Shown here: positions 47,701 through 57,386 of the stretch, piece by piece
Layout of the letters: every line of letters starts with the position of its first letter
Position numbering within the stretch: the first letter of the stretch is position 1
Virus record (IMG/VR): IMGVR_UViG_3300032136_000002
Location: 38,281 to 102,280 of that record
Source: a virus
Length of the DNA stretch: 64,000 bases
Strand: one strand, 5' to 3'
Notes under the pieces: generated by a model
Told to the model about the DNA's origin: nothing
Databases searched by the model: none
What the model saw: the letters and a program-made list of their open reading frames with translations, nothing else
Made by a program: the position numbers and the translations under genes

Positions 47701-48527
47701 TCTTCATCGCCGAAGCCGATGACCTGGAGAATGCGGAGCGCGGGGAAGAGCTCGAACAGACGACTCACAATACCAGACGAGGTGGTGAGGCTCCGCTCAC
47801 CAATGCTCTTCTCCGCCCGGGTGACGAGCTCGACCGTGGTCTCTTCGTCCTGGCCCAAGCTGGCCTTGCTCATGTTGGTAACACGGACCGCGGCCGGCAT
47901 GTTGGTCATGCCTAGGATCTCAGAGGCACCGATGTTGTACGCCGCTCCGCGCCCCTCAGCCACGTAGTCCGCATCGAAGTAATAGAGGTCGCCGTCCTGG
48001 TTGAACAGCATAGCCTCACTGGTGATGCGCTGAGCCCCCAAGGGGACGAACCGTCGACCCGAAGAGGTGAAAGCCACATGGAAGCTGCCCAGGTTCACGC
48101 TCGTAGCGTGCTCGAAGTAGAGCCGCACTCGAACCCTGGCGTAGTCACCCCCCAGACGCGTGACAAACACGTTGGACACCAAGGAGTCCGCCTCGTCCTT
48201 GTTGAGCACCGTCGGGTCCAGAAGCGTTTGCTGCCGCCGAATGGCGCGGATTTCACGAATGAGAGGTTCAAGGAGCAACTGCATCGCCTTGACCAAGAGG
48301 TCCTTGACTGGACTTCCCTCTCCTAGAAAAAGGTCTGGATACTCCTGAGAGAGCCGCTCGGTAATGAACAGGTCAACGTCCATCTCGAGCGGGTCAGGCT
48401 CAAGGCGGCGAACGAGAGGCTGCACCACTTGAATGTCCGCCGGCGTCCCTGTCTCAAGACGAATCGTGGAGTCATAGGCGCGGAGCCGTTCTTGGATGAG
48501 GAGCTCGAGCTCTTCCGCACTCGACAT
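44775..48527 (-). CDS. Baseplate wedge protein (gpJ/gp6-like), enlarged
   Basis: GSPVKDLL; VAEGRGAAYNI; VTNMSKASLGQDEET...RA. Confidence 0.8.
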   Translation of the reverse strand: MSSAEELELLIQERLRAYDSTIRLETGTPADIQVVQPLVRRLEPDPLEMDVDLFITERLSQEYPDLFLGEGSPVKDLLVKAMQLLLEPLIREIRAIRRQQTLLDPTVLNKDEADSLVSNVFVTRLGGDYARVRVRLYFEHATSVNLGSFHVAFTSSGRRFVPLGAQRITSEAMLFNQDGDLYYFDADYVAEGRGAAYNIGASEILGMTNMPAAVRVTNMSKASLGQDEETTVELVTRAEKSIGERSLTTSSGIVSRLFELFPALRILQVIGFGDEEMQRDVISGGSLGAIEVWGVDGATVDDGDADGYTPYFDSAGALFTTELGPVGTDLTYYTLTAFWSTGPEDYQLGSVKGATQLEISSGLRAAFRFPSGESSVPYTVRKREILLNGVPGGLLNPTEAQELTIKPDEVHVGGCTDIYVIGSSFEDKTVAFDQVAGDTAVSREPGAATTATARTVVLSNVSQDVADVVAAGTTVLRLVSGADTGTYRIIASSYASPNLTVTLPEALSTTDTGVLYELHNDLTLSLNDPEEVLVAGTDLQTFAGSDLVDTTAGTVWGDYGVTTDHFLRILNGDDEGLYSLATVSGSTLFLNVTLGQTASPIQYEVVRRQTAGVELPLARVTSVELLDADLEPTGDFIPYRHPVDARSFSFQNPGRGAKAGSDTTVTNDTVAVVKSTNPRILTSSLTSANYYDLGVRAGDLVNILTGDNSGYYTVATGGVGGSVAGAANGLTDYELLLTEDLAWDDAAMQYAVGEPSYGSFRLYFRDPVSFSVTSADTLIEVTSSGVSRRFRPDPEVRRRLLPTDATKLVFETTVASAQVTMTNHDTTNAVYAELHSLAVGDRVEITFAPIVGSKNMGSSSHGTSNGTMLFDLGLGSERVRFSDDLTIDEIVDEINTQLSRDVAAVLDTGGAKYVSIDSSEEVVLQDNSADGSDVTDVVMGTTPVTNNPWLSGVPTFAGETISNDAPNKGLWFISALSDDTLDLEDVDGTALGSGAYTTYAATGHYAVITRLGEQRISATAMADQQDAVSLYYFDVECISEGYGDTWNISAELRGTVTGYTSQGYNLTVADERLSYSMAEEVTLTVTPWVLISGELDDPANEQSLAGASYQISYERSDLTENVQALVDSTQERVTCQNPLVRTLLPVFVRAVFNYAEGPTEATARADIASAILDVAPEERLEASDLISILTRQGATHVGLPVELVGLSYQEDRSITVERSEDSLVADRLSAFLPDDEGTAEGASLIVVHRA

Positions 48528-48529
48528 AG

Positions 48530-49183
48530 TTACACCTCCAGCGCCACCACCGAGCTGGCGAGCGCTTGGCTGGCAAGGTCAATCTTGGTGAACAGGGCCC
48601 CGGCCTGAGCGTTAAACTCCGCTTGGAGGAGCCGGGCATAGAGCAATCTCTCGTCAGCATGCAGATGGGGCTGCCGACTTTGGAGCGCCATGAGCTGCTG
48701 ACGAGTCCGGTCGACCCCCACTTGAACCGCAGCGACCATACCGCCGGCTCCTTGAATGTTTCCGCCCCCGCCGACCGCCCGCAACACCCCACCCCCGATG
48801 TTCGGAGCGAAGGCGTCGGTCCCTGGCGTTTGGAGCAGAATCTTGAGGAAGGACTGCACGAGCCGCTCCCGGCCCGACACGTACCCTGGGGTATTGCCGA
48901 TGGCGAAGGTGATAGTACTCCGATCCGTCCGCGTCAGGCGCTGACTGATGGCCTCCACCGTCTTGATCGGGGCGCCCTCCATCACGGTCGGCACTTGAGC
49001 CAGTATCTCCGTCGCACTCACGATCACGATGCTGGGCGAGGGACTATCGTTGATATAGAGCTCGTGCACGTTCGACAGGTCGCTACCTCTCACCCGCACC
49101 GTCCGAGGGGAGAATCCCACAATGGGTTCCACCGACGTGACGGGGAGGACGTCTCGAATTTCAATCACCCTGAGGTCAATCAT
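48530..49183 (-). CDS. Baseplate protein, IPT/TIG-like N-terminus + gp25-like domain
   Basis: VSGRERLVQSFLKILLQTPGT...PNIGG; next to the wedge gene. Confidence 0.7.
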   Translation of the reverse strand: MIDLRVIEIRDVLPVTSVEPIVGFSPRTVRVRGSDLSNVHELYINDSPSPSIVIVSATEILAQVPTVMEGAPIKTVEAISQRLTRTDRSTITFAIGNTPGYVSGRERLVQSFLKILLQTPGTDAFAPNIGGGVLRAVGGGGNIQGAGGMVAAVQVGVDRTRQQLMALQSRQPHLHADERLLYARLLQAEFNAQAGALFTKIDLASQALASSVVALEV

Positions 49184-49542
49184 GGCTCGTCCTCCTCAAG
49201 AGCATCCGTCGGCTCCGTACCGTCCTGATACGTGTTGGCCGTCCCTTGCTCACTCCTGAGCTCGAACAGCTCGGCCGGCAGCTGAAGTGCTTGATCCACC
49301 GCAGCAATGACCTGCTCTTTCAGCGTGGTGACTCGAGTAATCTTGGAGGGGCGAATATCAGAACGGTCGACAGTGATGTCCTCAATGGCCTGAGCCAACA
49401 CCTCCTCAAGGGTGATAGAGGCCACTGACCGTGCGTTTTCACTCCCTCGGACAGAGGCAACACCGTCGGCCAGGGTCGCTCGTAGTCGGTCAACTGTACT
49501 TCGTTGATTTTCGGTGCGCTGGTCCTGGTCCTGTCCTGGCAT
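49180..49542 (-). CDS. Hypothetical protein
   Basis: Coupled on both sides. Confidence 0.65.
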   Translation of the reverse strand: MPGQDQDQRTENQRSTVDRLRATLADGVASVRGSENARSVASITLEEVLAQAIEDITVDRSDIRPSKITRVTTLKEQVIAAVDQALQLPAELFELRSEQGTANTYQDGTEPTDALEEDEP

Positions 49543-52506
49543 CTAGCGCTTGCCTCCCCGTGCTGTGGGCGTGTACTCGAGTTCAACCGCGCTGGAGAGC
49601 TGTTCTGGATAGGAGGACAGCGGACTGTCCGGCCACTGTTCTTCGTCCTCTACCTCAAAGGCTGGGTTGTCGTCCTCTTCATAACCCACCATGGCCCGCT
49701 CAAAATTGCCCTCTTCCTCGTCGTCATAACGAGTTGGCTCGTTTACATCGGCTGTGGCCACCGTGTTGAGCTGCGTCATCAAATGCTGACTCTTCGACGC
49801 CCCCTCACGTGACAACCCCAAGAAAGTGCCCAAATCCCCCTGGAGCAACAGCTGGCGGGCCCGGTCATGCCCGTGCTCTTGCATCACGCGGAACGCCTGC
49901 CTGACCACCGAGGGCTGAGTCACGCTGTAATCCGTGAGCACCGTCTCCAAAGCCGCCAACTCGGTATCGTACTCGTCCAACTTGGTCCCCACTGCGATGA
50001 CCTGGTCTCGCGCCGGCTGTTTGTTCCTCAGCTGCGGCAGCAAAAGGTTCCCGATGACGGACAACGTGTCGTCCTCAAACGTGGTGAATCCGCGCCTGAA
50101 GGCAGCAAGGGCCAGAGCGAAAGCCCGATACGCCTCCTGAGACCCGCTCTTGATGGTGAACCCCGTGGTGAGCGAGAAATCTGAGTCAACCGCGGTCACT
50201 GACAGCAGCCCCTGGTCCACCTGACTCACCCCGGTCACCGTAGCTACCAAGGTGCCTGAGACGTTGTAGACGGTGTCGCCCGACCGAATGGAGTACGGCC
50301 GCAAATCCAGTGCCGTCCACCCCTTCACCGGGTCATCTATCTCGATGAGCACCGTAGTGGTCGTCCCCGTCACCCGGGTCAGCGCAAACCCGAGCTTCCC
50401 GTCGGCAGAGGCCGCCGGCGATTGCACCTGGAGGTATGTCCCCTCCGTGGTGTCCAGCGACGTCAGCTTGAGCCGCTCACTGATGACCGATACATTGAAG
50501 CGACTCGCTGCCGTCTGGTCTCTCAAGTCCCGGTCCAGCGTCAATGTGAGGTACGGAGTCGAGTACGAAACCGAGTCCACGGTGTACGTGCCCTGGTTGC
50601 CCCCCGTAGCAATGGCGGCCTTGATTGTCGATACGTCCCACCCGGTCGACGGGTTGAAGGTACCCACGTCAAAACGCAAGGTGTTGGACCCCGTCACCTC
50701 GGCCGCCCGTGCCTCGTACAACGTCGTCCTCAAGCTCGAGGCCACCGCCTCCGCAGTAAAGGCCGTATTCGCGTTGAGTACAGCGAGGACCTGCGACATG
50801 GGGATGTCGCTCTGTCGAGACTCAAGGTACTCGACGAAACCCAATTCCTCGAGCGTCCGCTGACTGACCGACTTCGAGTCACCGCTCAACCCATCAGTGG
50901 CGATACGGATCAGAGAGCCCTCGCCCTTGAGCTTGCTCTTGATTGTGATGCGGTCACCAGTAGAGACCGCCTCAAAGGCTGTCCCGCCCGCCGTGTTGAT
51001 GTCGTCTCGCACCTCATCGGCCGTTCGTTCGTAGTCCGGCCACACCCCGGGGGTCAGCGTGATCGTTGTAGTCGTCGCATCATCGTTAGCATAGAGCTTC
51101 AGTGTGTTGCGCTGGTCAGCCCCAAACGAACGCGTCCCCGCAACCTCTCCGGAAGGCCCATCCAGCCGCCAAGGCGCCAAGTCCGTCGCATCGTTGAGCC
51201 CACTGACCACACTCATAGACCGCTGATCATACTGGTCGGGCGGCGAAGGGTTGATGTAACTGATCCGCACCCAGTCTTGACCACCCCCAGTCGTCGCTAT
51301 CGCAAAGACGTCGCTCAACGCGCCATTGATAGTCGACGCAACCTGAGCCGCTGTCTGATTGGAGCCAAAGGCCACGGTGTGCGTAGCCCCGTCCACCATC
51401 AGATAGAGGTTGGTCCCGTTGACCGAGTACGTGCCTCCCGACGTGATCTTCTTCGTAAACAGCGCCACAGGGTTCGTGTTCGCTGAGACCACACGGAAAG
51501 GCTCAAAAGTAGAGCCCACGAGCTCCGCGGCCTCAATCCCGACCTCGTTGTCCGTCGCCGAGACGAGGTCCACGCTTACCGTGGTCCCGCTGAAGTCAAC
51601 CTCGAGCACGTCACTCGCCGCCTGCTCAAGCGGCCAAGGGGAACTGACCGACCCTGTGATCGAGGGCGGGGTGGCCGGTGTCGACGCAGTGAGGCGGTAC
51701 CCGGCCGTCACCTCTATCCGCGGCTCTGTGGGGCTCCGTCTCTCTTCCAGCCGGCGAGCAATAGCTTGACCGCCCAACAAGTCCAGGAAGTACTGCCGCA
51801 TGACCTCGCGGGAACCTGCGTTATCCAACGTCTCCAACGCCTCAACGACGTCACCTACCATATCGTCGAGGCGCTCAAGCTGCGTCAGCGATAGCTTGGC
51901 CAAAGCCTCTGAGCTCACATAGGCCTCGAAAGCGCCAGCCAAGTAGTCCAGCCCGTCCCGCAGTGTGGCGTGGCTCCCCTGAAGGGCCCTAAAGTCTGAG
52001 GCAAGGCTACGCTGAACAGTCGTCCGAGCTTTGACCACCTGGCGGCCCTGGCCGCTGTCTATGGCCGCCCCAGACTGGACCGTCTGCTTAGCCATGTCCT
52101 GCAAGGCAATGTCGACCAACCGACGGTATCGCTCGAGCGGCCTCGTCCCCACCTTTGCCTGCGCCGCCGCTGTCACTCGCGCTCGACCTACCGTTGTCTT
52201 GGCCCTGCGCAAGACGTCGAGACGTTGAAAGGTCCGATCCTTGGTCAGGAGGTAGGACACGTCCTGGCGCAAGTTCGCCACTCGGGTGCGCTGAGCTGAG
52301 ACCTGCGAGGCCCAATAGTCGGCCGCCACGTCAATTAAGGCGAACACGGCGTCAGGCTCGTAGTAGAGCCCCGTCAACACCAATTCACGGAGCTGGCTGT
52401 AAGTCGAGCTCGTGTTGCGCCCTTGAAAGGCGTTGCGGGAAAACGTCAAGTCCTGTTGGGTCAGAGCCGATAACGCCGCCCGCTTTTCTGCTGTCGTGTA
52501 GCCCAT
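49543..52506 (-). CDS. Large tail/baseplate-associated protein (987 aa)
   Basis: Helical termini flanking beta-rich modules (TAAQVASTIN, TADEVRDDIN). Confidence 0.7.
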   Translation of the reverse strand: MGYTTAEKRAALSALTQQDLTFSRNAFQGRNTSSTYSQLRELVLTGLYYEPDAVFALIDVAADYWASQVSAQRTRVANLRQDVSYLLTKDRTFQRLDVLRRAKTTVGRARVTAAAQAKVGTRPLERYRRLVDIALQDMAKQTVQSGAAIDSGQGRQVVKARTTVQRSLASDFRALQGSHATLRDGLDYLAGAFEAYVSSEALAKLSLTQLERLDDMVGDVVEALETLDNAGSREVMRQYFLDLLGGQAIARRLEERRSPTEPRIEVTAGYRLTASTPATPPSITGSVSSPWPLEQAASDVLEVDFSGTTVSVDLVSATDNEVGIEAAELVGSTFEPFRVVSANTNPVALFTKKITSGGTYSVNGTNLYLMVDGATHTVAFGSNQTAAQVASTINGALSDVFAIATTGGGQDWVRISYINPSPPDQYDQRSMSVVSGLNDATDLAPWRLDGPSGEVAGTRSFGADQRNTLKLYANDDATTTTITLTPGVWPDYERTADEVRDDINTAGGTAFEAVSTGDRITIKSKLKGEGSLIRIATDGLSGDSKSVSQRTLEELGFVEYLESRQSDIPMSQVLAVLNANTAFTAEAVASSLRTTLYEARAAEVTGSNTLRFDVGTFNPSTGWDVSTIKAAIATGGNQGTYTVDSVSYSTPYLTLTLDRDLRDQTAASRFNVSVISERLKLTSLDTTEGTYLQVQSPAASADGKLGFALTRVTGTTTTVLIEIDDPVKGWTALDLRPYSIRSGDTVYNVSGTLVATVTGVSQVDQGLLSVTAVDSDFSLTTGFTIKSGSQEAYRAFALALAAFRRGFTTFEDDTLSVIGNLLLPQLRNKQPARDQVIAVGTKLDEYDTELAALETVLTDYSVTQPSVVRQAFRVMQEHGHDRARQLLLQGDLGTFLGLSREGASKSQHLMTQLNTVATADVNEPTRYDDEEEGNFERAMVGYEEDDNPAFEVEDEEQWPDSPLSSYPEQLSSAVELEYTPTARGGKR

Positions 52507-52557
52507 TTTGATCTGTTGGTCGACATTACCACGGGGGCCCAGTAGAGGGCGAGCAGC

Positions 52558-53478
52558 CTACGCCACCATGACCGAAAGAGAATCAAGGGTCACTGCGGGC
52601 ACTGTGACGATGGTCGTGTCCGTAGACTCCACCATAATTGTCGTTGACCCAACGGCCCTGCCTGTAACCACAAGCTCGCCGTTGCTGATAGCCACCGTAG
52701 CAATATCAGTATCACTTGAGGTAAACGTGAGAAGCGAGTCAGCCAGGTCATGAGTTATCCCTGTGGTATCAGTCACAGTGACCGCCACGTTTGCGCTGTC
52801 ACCCACGGCGACCGAGACTGACGTCGGGTCGTAGACCACGGACCCAACCACGGGGAAGAGAAGGTTGACCAGGTTGACGGCCGTCGAATCAGGAACAGTG
52901 ACACAACGCTGGTGCTCAATTGATTGGAGCTCAACCAGGTATTCCCCCCCGCGGTAAAGATCAACTTCAAAATATCCGGATGCGTTCGTGGTTCCATAGA
53001 GATGGAACCCCAGCACCCCATATCCATCGACCAAAAGAGGGTTCCGCTGGAGTCGGAAATGAAGGTCGGCATTAACCAGCGAAGCTCCAGAAGCGTCCTT
53101 AAAGAATCCACTTGCCCGGCATAGGCGGGGGTCCGCGGCCACTGGCAGGGTGAAAGTCTGGCCTTGTACCGTAAAGTCATTAGTTGCCGAAGGGGCTAGC
53201 GACGCCGGGGAGTAGATGTCGATAGACTGCGGCGTGGCCGAGTCATCCCCCAGCGTACTGTCAAAAGCAACCCCCGTCTTGCTGAGCCTCACCGAGTACG
53301 TGATGGCCGGGTCGTCCCCGTCAACCGTCACCTCAGCGTAAGCATCACCCCCCACCAAGGAGGAGTACTGCTGCGTGACGAAGGTACCTACGTCATCAAA
53401 AAAGCGGACGAGCACCCCCTCCAGGGCGCCGTCGTTCTCATCCACAGTATAGACACGCACAGTCTCGGGAGTCGCCAT
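52558..53478 (-). CDS. Virion protein with C-terminal Ig-like (Big_2) domain
   Basis: PTSVSVAVGDS...FTSSDTDIATV...VTGRAVGSTTI. Confidence 0.75.
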   Translation of the reverse strand: MATPETVRVYTVDENDGALEGVLVRFFDDVGTFVTQQYSSLVGGDAYAEVTVDGDDPAITYSVRLSKTGVAFDSTLGDDSATPQSIDIYSPASLAPSATNDFTVQGQTFTLPVAADPRLCRASGFFKDASGASLVNADLHFRLQRNPLLVDGYGVLGFHLYGTTNASGYFEVDLYRGGEYLVELQSIEHQRCVTVPDSTAVNLVNLLFPVVGSVVYDPTSVSVAVGDSANVAVTVTDTTGITHDLADSLLTFTSSDTDIATVAISNGELVVTGRAVGSTTIMVESTDTTIVTVPAVTLDSLSVMVA

Positions 53479-53490
53479 CAGAGCCTCGAT

Positions 53491-53796
53491 TCAGAAGGGC
53501 CGGTCGCCGGCGCCCCGCGCCGCTGCTTCCGCTATGTAGGGGGCGCTCGTGGGGTCACCGTACGCATAGATGCCACGGTCCTGCAACGCCATATGCATCC
53601 GGGCCTGGGTCATCTGCCGCTCACGCTGAAGGAGCTCCCCCCGGCGCTGGGCCTGCTGCATTTGGCCCTCCATCTCCCGCTGACGAGTCTGTTGGACCAA
53701 GCGCTGCGCATCCCGTGAGGCCTGCTTGCCCCGATGCCGAAGCAGCGCAATAACTGCGCCGATGGTAACCACTCCCGCAACGGTCGGACTAGGCAT
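53491..53796 (-). CDS. Small protein, hydrophobic N-terminus + Gln/Arg coiled coil
   Basis: ORF track frame; TGATG coupling. Confidence 0.6.
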   Translation of the reverse strand: MPSPTVAGVVTIGAVIALLRHRGKQASRDAQRLVQQTRQREMEGQMQQAQRRGELLQRERQMTQARMHMALQDRGIYAYGDPTSAPYIAEAAARGAGDRPF

Positions 53797-54734
53797 CAAG
53801 ACCTCCGGACTGCGGCTGGGATGGTGGGGACTTGCAACTGGAACAGGTCATCCGCCGCAGCCACAGCGCCCAAGACGTCAAACTCGGTTCCAGTAGTCGG
53901 CACAGCAATACGCCGAATGATCCCAGTGTCGACCACAACGACGTCCACAATTGCCCCTTTGACAAGCGTCACCTCCGCATAGCCCGCGCTGTTTGTCGTG
54001 GCCTCCACAGTACCGCCCAAGATGCCGTATGTCTCCACCACCAAGGGCGGGACCATAACGTGATGGAACACCACATCCTTGTCGGCGTAGGGCTGTCCTG
54101 AGATGTTGGCTAACCGAATCTGACCCGTGATGAGCGAGCTAGCAGTGAGGACGGACCCAACGGACCCTTGCACCGCGGTCGACAACGTCGAGATGCCGCC
54201 GCTCCCCGTGTTGTAGTACTGGGTCTTGTACCAGTAGGAGGCGTCACCGCTCTGGTCGTCGTACTCGTAGCGCGTCTGGCCTAAGGCAAGGGTGATGTGC
54301 TGGTCCAACCCGTTGACCACACCCACGGTGAAACCCAACTCGGTCAAGCCAGTGCCGCCGGTTATCTCGAGCAACGATGACGTGCCAGTCGTGTCCGACG
54401 TAAGCAGGAGCTGGCTCCCTGAAGCTGAGGCAGTGACCCCCGTGGTCTGGTCATTGACCTCATCGACCACAGAGTCGATGTAAACCGGATTGGCCGTGGC
54501 GAAGGTCACCTCCTGCTCCGACCCCCCATCGATCTTGAACTTCAGCGTGAGGCCGTTGAGCGTGAAGGGTGCAGACTCGGTGCCCAAGAGGAAGGCGGCA
54601 CTGGCCGTGTCAGCCGTGGTCAGCGCATAGGGCCCAGCCTCATCGACCTCACTCCGATACACTCGGATGACGTCAAAAAGGGAAAGGACGTTCGTCAGGT
54701 CGGTAACATCAACCTTGAGCTTGATGATCGCCAT
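53796..54734 (-). CDS. Virion structural protein
   Basis: Shares modules with 49543-52506 and 52558-53478. Confidence 0.75.
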   Translation of the reverse strand: MAIIKLKVDVTDLTNVLSLFDVIRVYRSEVDEAGPYALTTADTASAAFLLGTESAPFTLNGLTLKFKIDGGSEQEVTFATANPVYIDSVVDEVNDQTTGVTASASGSQLLLTSDTTGTSSLLEITGGTGLTELGFTVGVVNGLDQHITLALGQTRYEYDDQSGDASYWYKTQYYNTGSGGISTLSTAVQGSVGSVLTASSLITGQIRLANISGQPYADKDVVFHHVMVPPLVVETYGILGGTVEATTNSAGYAEVTLVKGAIVDVVVVDTGIIRRIAVPTTGTEFDVLGAVAAADDLFQLQVPTIPAAVRRS

Positions 54735-55165
54735 CAGAACCGCCTCTTCTTCGCGGCCTCAAGATCGGCCGCACGAATAGCACCCGGGGCGAGGCCGTAG
54801 AACGTGCCCCCCATCGCTACGTCAGCGGCAAGGTCTCTCGGCGAGAGAAGGCGGCCGACCCCCTTGATTCCCTGCTTCAAAGCACCAGGATCTTTGATCA
54901 CCCGCCGAACCAACCCTGTCCCCATGATGAGGCCCGTCCCGATGCCCACTCGACGCTTGATCTGCCCCGGGGTGAGCCCTCGACCAGCCACGGACTCTAC
55001 TTCATCAGGCGTCCGATCCAGCTGACGGGCCACAGCCCTTATGTTGCGCCGCTCGCTGCGCGTGAACTTCTCTTCGGCCAACTTGTCGAAATCAACAAGG
55101 AACTCTCCAACAGCCGTCCCCTGACAAAATGCCAACGCCCCTTGGGCAATTTTGTTCATGATCAC
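54734..55165 (-). CDS. Basic hypothetical protein with KxA motifs
   Basis: MNKIAQ, FDKLAEE; GAGGAG RBS. Confidence 0.7.
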   Translation of the reverse strand: MIMNKIAQGALAFCQGTAVGEFLVDFDKLAEEKFTRSERRNIRAVARQLDRTPDEVESVAGRGLTPGQIKRRVGIGTGLIMGTGLVRRVIKDPGALKQGIKGVGRLLSPRDLAADVAMGGTFYGLAPGAIRAADLEAAKKRRF

Positions 55166-55455
55166 TCCTCGTCTGCTGAAACTATCACTGGTTTCAGGGG
55201 CGTTGCAGCAGCAATCGCTGGAGTAACGTCCTGAGTCGACGGGCTGTCCGTCGCACTCTCTACGAGCGGTGCCACTGGATTGGCCTCAGCCACCTGAGGC
55301 ACAAGCTCCTCAGCGTCCGGCTCGAAGTTGGCCCTCAACGTCGGCCGCACCTCAACCACAGTGATCGTCGACGGTGCGTCGCAGGTGATGGCCTGGATGA
55401 AGTCCTTGGGTGGAGGGCAGATGTACCCTCGGGTCGCGATACACGTTGCGTGCAT
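55162..55455 (-). CDS. Hypothetical protein
   Basis: AGGAG RBS; coupled. Confidence 0.6.
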   Translation of the reverse strand: MHATCIATRGYICPPPKDFIQAITCDAPSTITVVEVRPTLRANFEPDAEELVPQVAEANPVAPLVESATDSPSTQDVTPAIAAATPLKPVIVSADEE

Positions 55456-55458
55456 TCT

Positions 55459-55998
55459 CTACTCCTTGAGCATCCGGTACTGCCGCATCTTGCCCACCGC
55501 CTCATACTCCGACTCAATCGTGTAAGTCGCCACCAATCCAGTTGTTTCAGCTCCACCGTAGGTTGCCGCCTGAGTATTGGCCTTGCCATCGTAGATGCGC
55601 AGCCGAGCCGTAAGTAGTTGATTGCTCTCGTCGAAAGTTGTGTTGTCGATGAAAGAGTTCTCGTGCACAAGTCCGAGAAGGCGCGTGATCGACACCGCCA
55701 AAGCATCCACCGAACTCCCTGAGACAAAAACCTGCTCAGCCTCCCGGCTGTAGACGATGCTCTCTACGGTGTGCCCCACATCGGCATAGACGAAAAACTG
55801 CGCTGTATACGTCCCCACCGTAGAAGGGACCCAGCTCCCCTCATACCTGCCCTTGGCCTGGTGAACCAGGTCTACCGTTGCCGTCGGCGTCCCCGCCCCA
55901 CTCGCATAGACCTCGGCTTGTGGGTAGAAATTGCCCTCGCCGTTCTCGAGGACCATTACCAGTATAACCGTCTCACCTACCGTGGCTGGTGTGGACAT
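55459..55998 (-). CDS. Structural-module protein with Ig-like N-terminus
   Basis: GRYEGSWVPSTVGTYTAQF. Confidence 0.7.
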   Translation of the reverse strand: MSTPATVGETVILVMVLENGEGNFYPQAEVYASGAGTPTATVDLVHQAKGRYEGSWVPSTVGTYTAQFFVYADVGHTVESIVYSREAEQVFVSGSSVDALAVSITRLLGLVHENSFIDNTTFDESNQLLTARLRIYDGKANTQAATYGGAETTGLVATYTIESEYEAVGKMRQYRMLKE

Positions 55999-56765
55999 TA
56001 CTCCTCCCGACAGGCAGGCGGTACCTCAAGCCGGAGCTGTAGCAGTTGCCTGCGCATCAACCGTCGCTGACCTACCGAACTCTCACTGCAAAGTGCTGAA
56101 AGGTCATCATAGCGCGCTGGCGTGCGCTGCTCCAGCGCGTGGCGAAGTTGTTTCAGCTCTTGATTCACTGCGCGCTGGTTACGCATCGACGAGCTCTCGA
56201 CCTGTTTTTGCAGACGGTTGTACTGCTCTTTCTGAACCGTCTCGTTGTATTCCACCCGTTGGGCCAAATTGGAAAGAAGCCAAACCCCCGAACCGGCTGT
56301 GGTAACAATGGTTAATACTAATCCTATCACCACCTTAGCCCACTCCCGGCGGGTTTTATGGATATCCTTCACGTCGAGTTGCAGCGTTTCCTGATCCCCA
56401 GACACCTCCGTGACCATCTGAAGCGTTTTAACACTCTGGCGACATTCAGCTTCGATTCGAGCAGACACGTTCCGCTGCATCTCCTTGAGCTGATCGATAG
56501 TGGAGGTACGGATACACCGATGGCCCTGGTCTATCTTGTCCTCAGCCTTTGCGATGCGCTCACGCACTGCCTCGAGCGTGGTATCAAGGGCCACTACATG
56601 CTTGCTCGTCTCGGTCACATCCTTCTGGATATTGGGCAGCTCCTCCACGCGAGTACCCACCCGCTGCAGAAGACGGTCAATCTTATCAATACGTTCAATA
56701 ATACTCGAGCCCTGCTCCGGTGTAGGTGTGAACACCGGAGGCGGCGGTCGCGACTGCCTAGTCAT
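55998..56765 (-). CDS. Coiled-coil protein with one TM helix
   Basis: Heptad-rich; VVIGLVLTIVTTAGSGVWLL. Confidence 0.7.
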   Translation of the reverse strand: MTRQSRPPPPVFTPTPEQGSSIIERIDKIDRLLQRVGTRVEELPNIQKDVTETSKHVVALDTTLEAVRERIAKAEDKIDQGHRCIRTSTIDQLKEMQRNVSARIEAECRQSVKTLQMVTEVSGDQETLQLDVKDIHKTRREWAKVVIGLVLTIVTTAGSGVWLLSNLAQRVEYNETVQKEQYNRLQKQVESSSMRNQRAVNQELKQLRHALEQRTPARYDDLSALCSESSVGQRRLMRRQLLQLRLEVPPACREE

Positions 56766-57007
56766 ATTTTAAGGTTAGCACCCCGAAACGCCATAATGCG
56801 GCAGACGATTTGCGAAGCCAGCCCCAGCGCCTCCGCTGCGCGAGCAATTTCCGCCGTCGCCTCAAGAAAATCCCCCCGAGCAGCGTGGTTGTAGTCGATA
56901 CCGTAGTCGTCGCCTGCTAGAAATTCGAGATTTCCACACCAGCAACGCAGCCGGTCTGACTCGCGGTCTAGCTCGTGGAACAACCGTTCGAGTTCAAGAT
57001 GGTTCAA
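56762..57007 (-). CDS. Hypothetical protein
   Basis: TTG start with GAGGGG RBS; ATGA overlap downstream. Confidence 0.45.
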   Translation of the reverse strand: MNHLELERLFHELDRESDRLRCWCGNLEFLAGDDYGIDYNHAARGDFLEATAEIARAAEALGLASQIVCRIMAFRGANLKI

Positions 57008-57337
57008 CCTAACCCCCTCATCCCTCAAGGACCACAATGGAAAATCGCCTGCTTGATTTCAACCTTACCCCTATGGTACCCCGTCGACAGCCAGGGAGAG
57101 AGCGGAAATGGCAGAGAGGAAGCAGTGGCCAAGAAAGTACGCTGCTCAAACGCATCGACGAGCTGCTCCGTGCTACAAAGAAAGCTCACCAACGGGGTGG
57201 CGTTCGCCCGCTGGTCAGGATGCAGGTAGGACAGAAGTTGATGGATTACATTCTGAAGGGTGTGTGACTCCGCACATGCGCAGGGTAGTGCCGACCGTCA
57301 AGACGCGCAGGTAGGCAGGGAGGCCTACCCCCTTCTC

Positions 57338-57386
57338 CCCCTGAGTTTGGGGAGCTTCCCGGTTCAACTCCGGGGCTCAGGGGCCG
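57338..57386 (+). ncRNA. tRNA-like minihelix (acceptor-type stem + T arm, no anticodon arm)
   Basis: CCCCTGAGT / GCTCAGGGG stem stacked on CCCGG-TTCAACT-CCGGG. Confidence 0.5.

Noticed and set aside
44775-52506. Stand-alone extracellular contractile injection system or tailocin
   Set aside because: Portal-like, DNA polymerase, primase and helicase genes in the same window indicate a complete phage
56975-57314. Three overlapping short plus-strand ORFs
   Set aside because: Cannot tell which, if any, is real; no motifs
57338-57386. Functional tRNA gene
   Set aside because: No anticodon arm or D stem; kept only as a tRNA-like element
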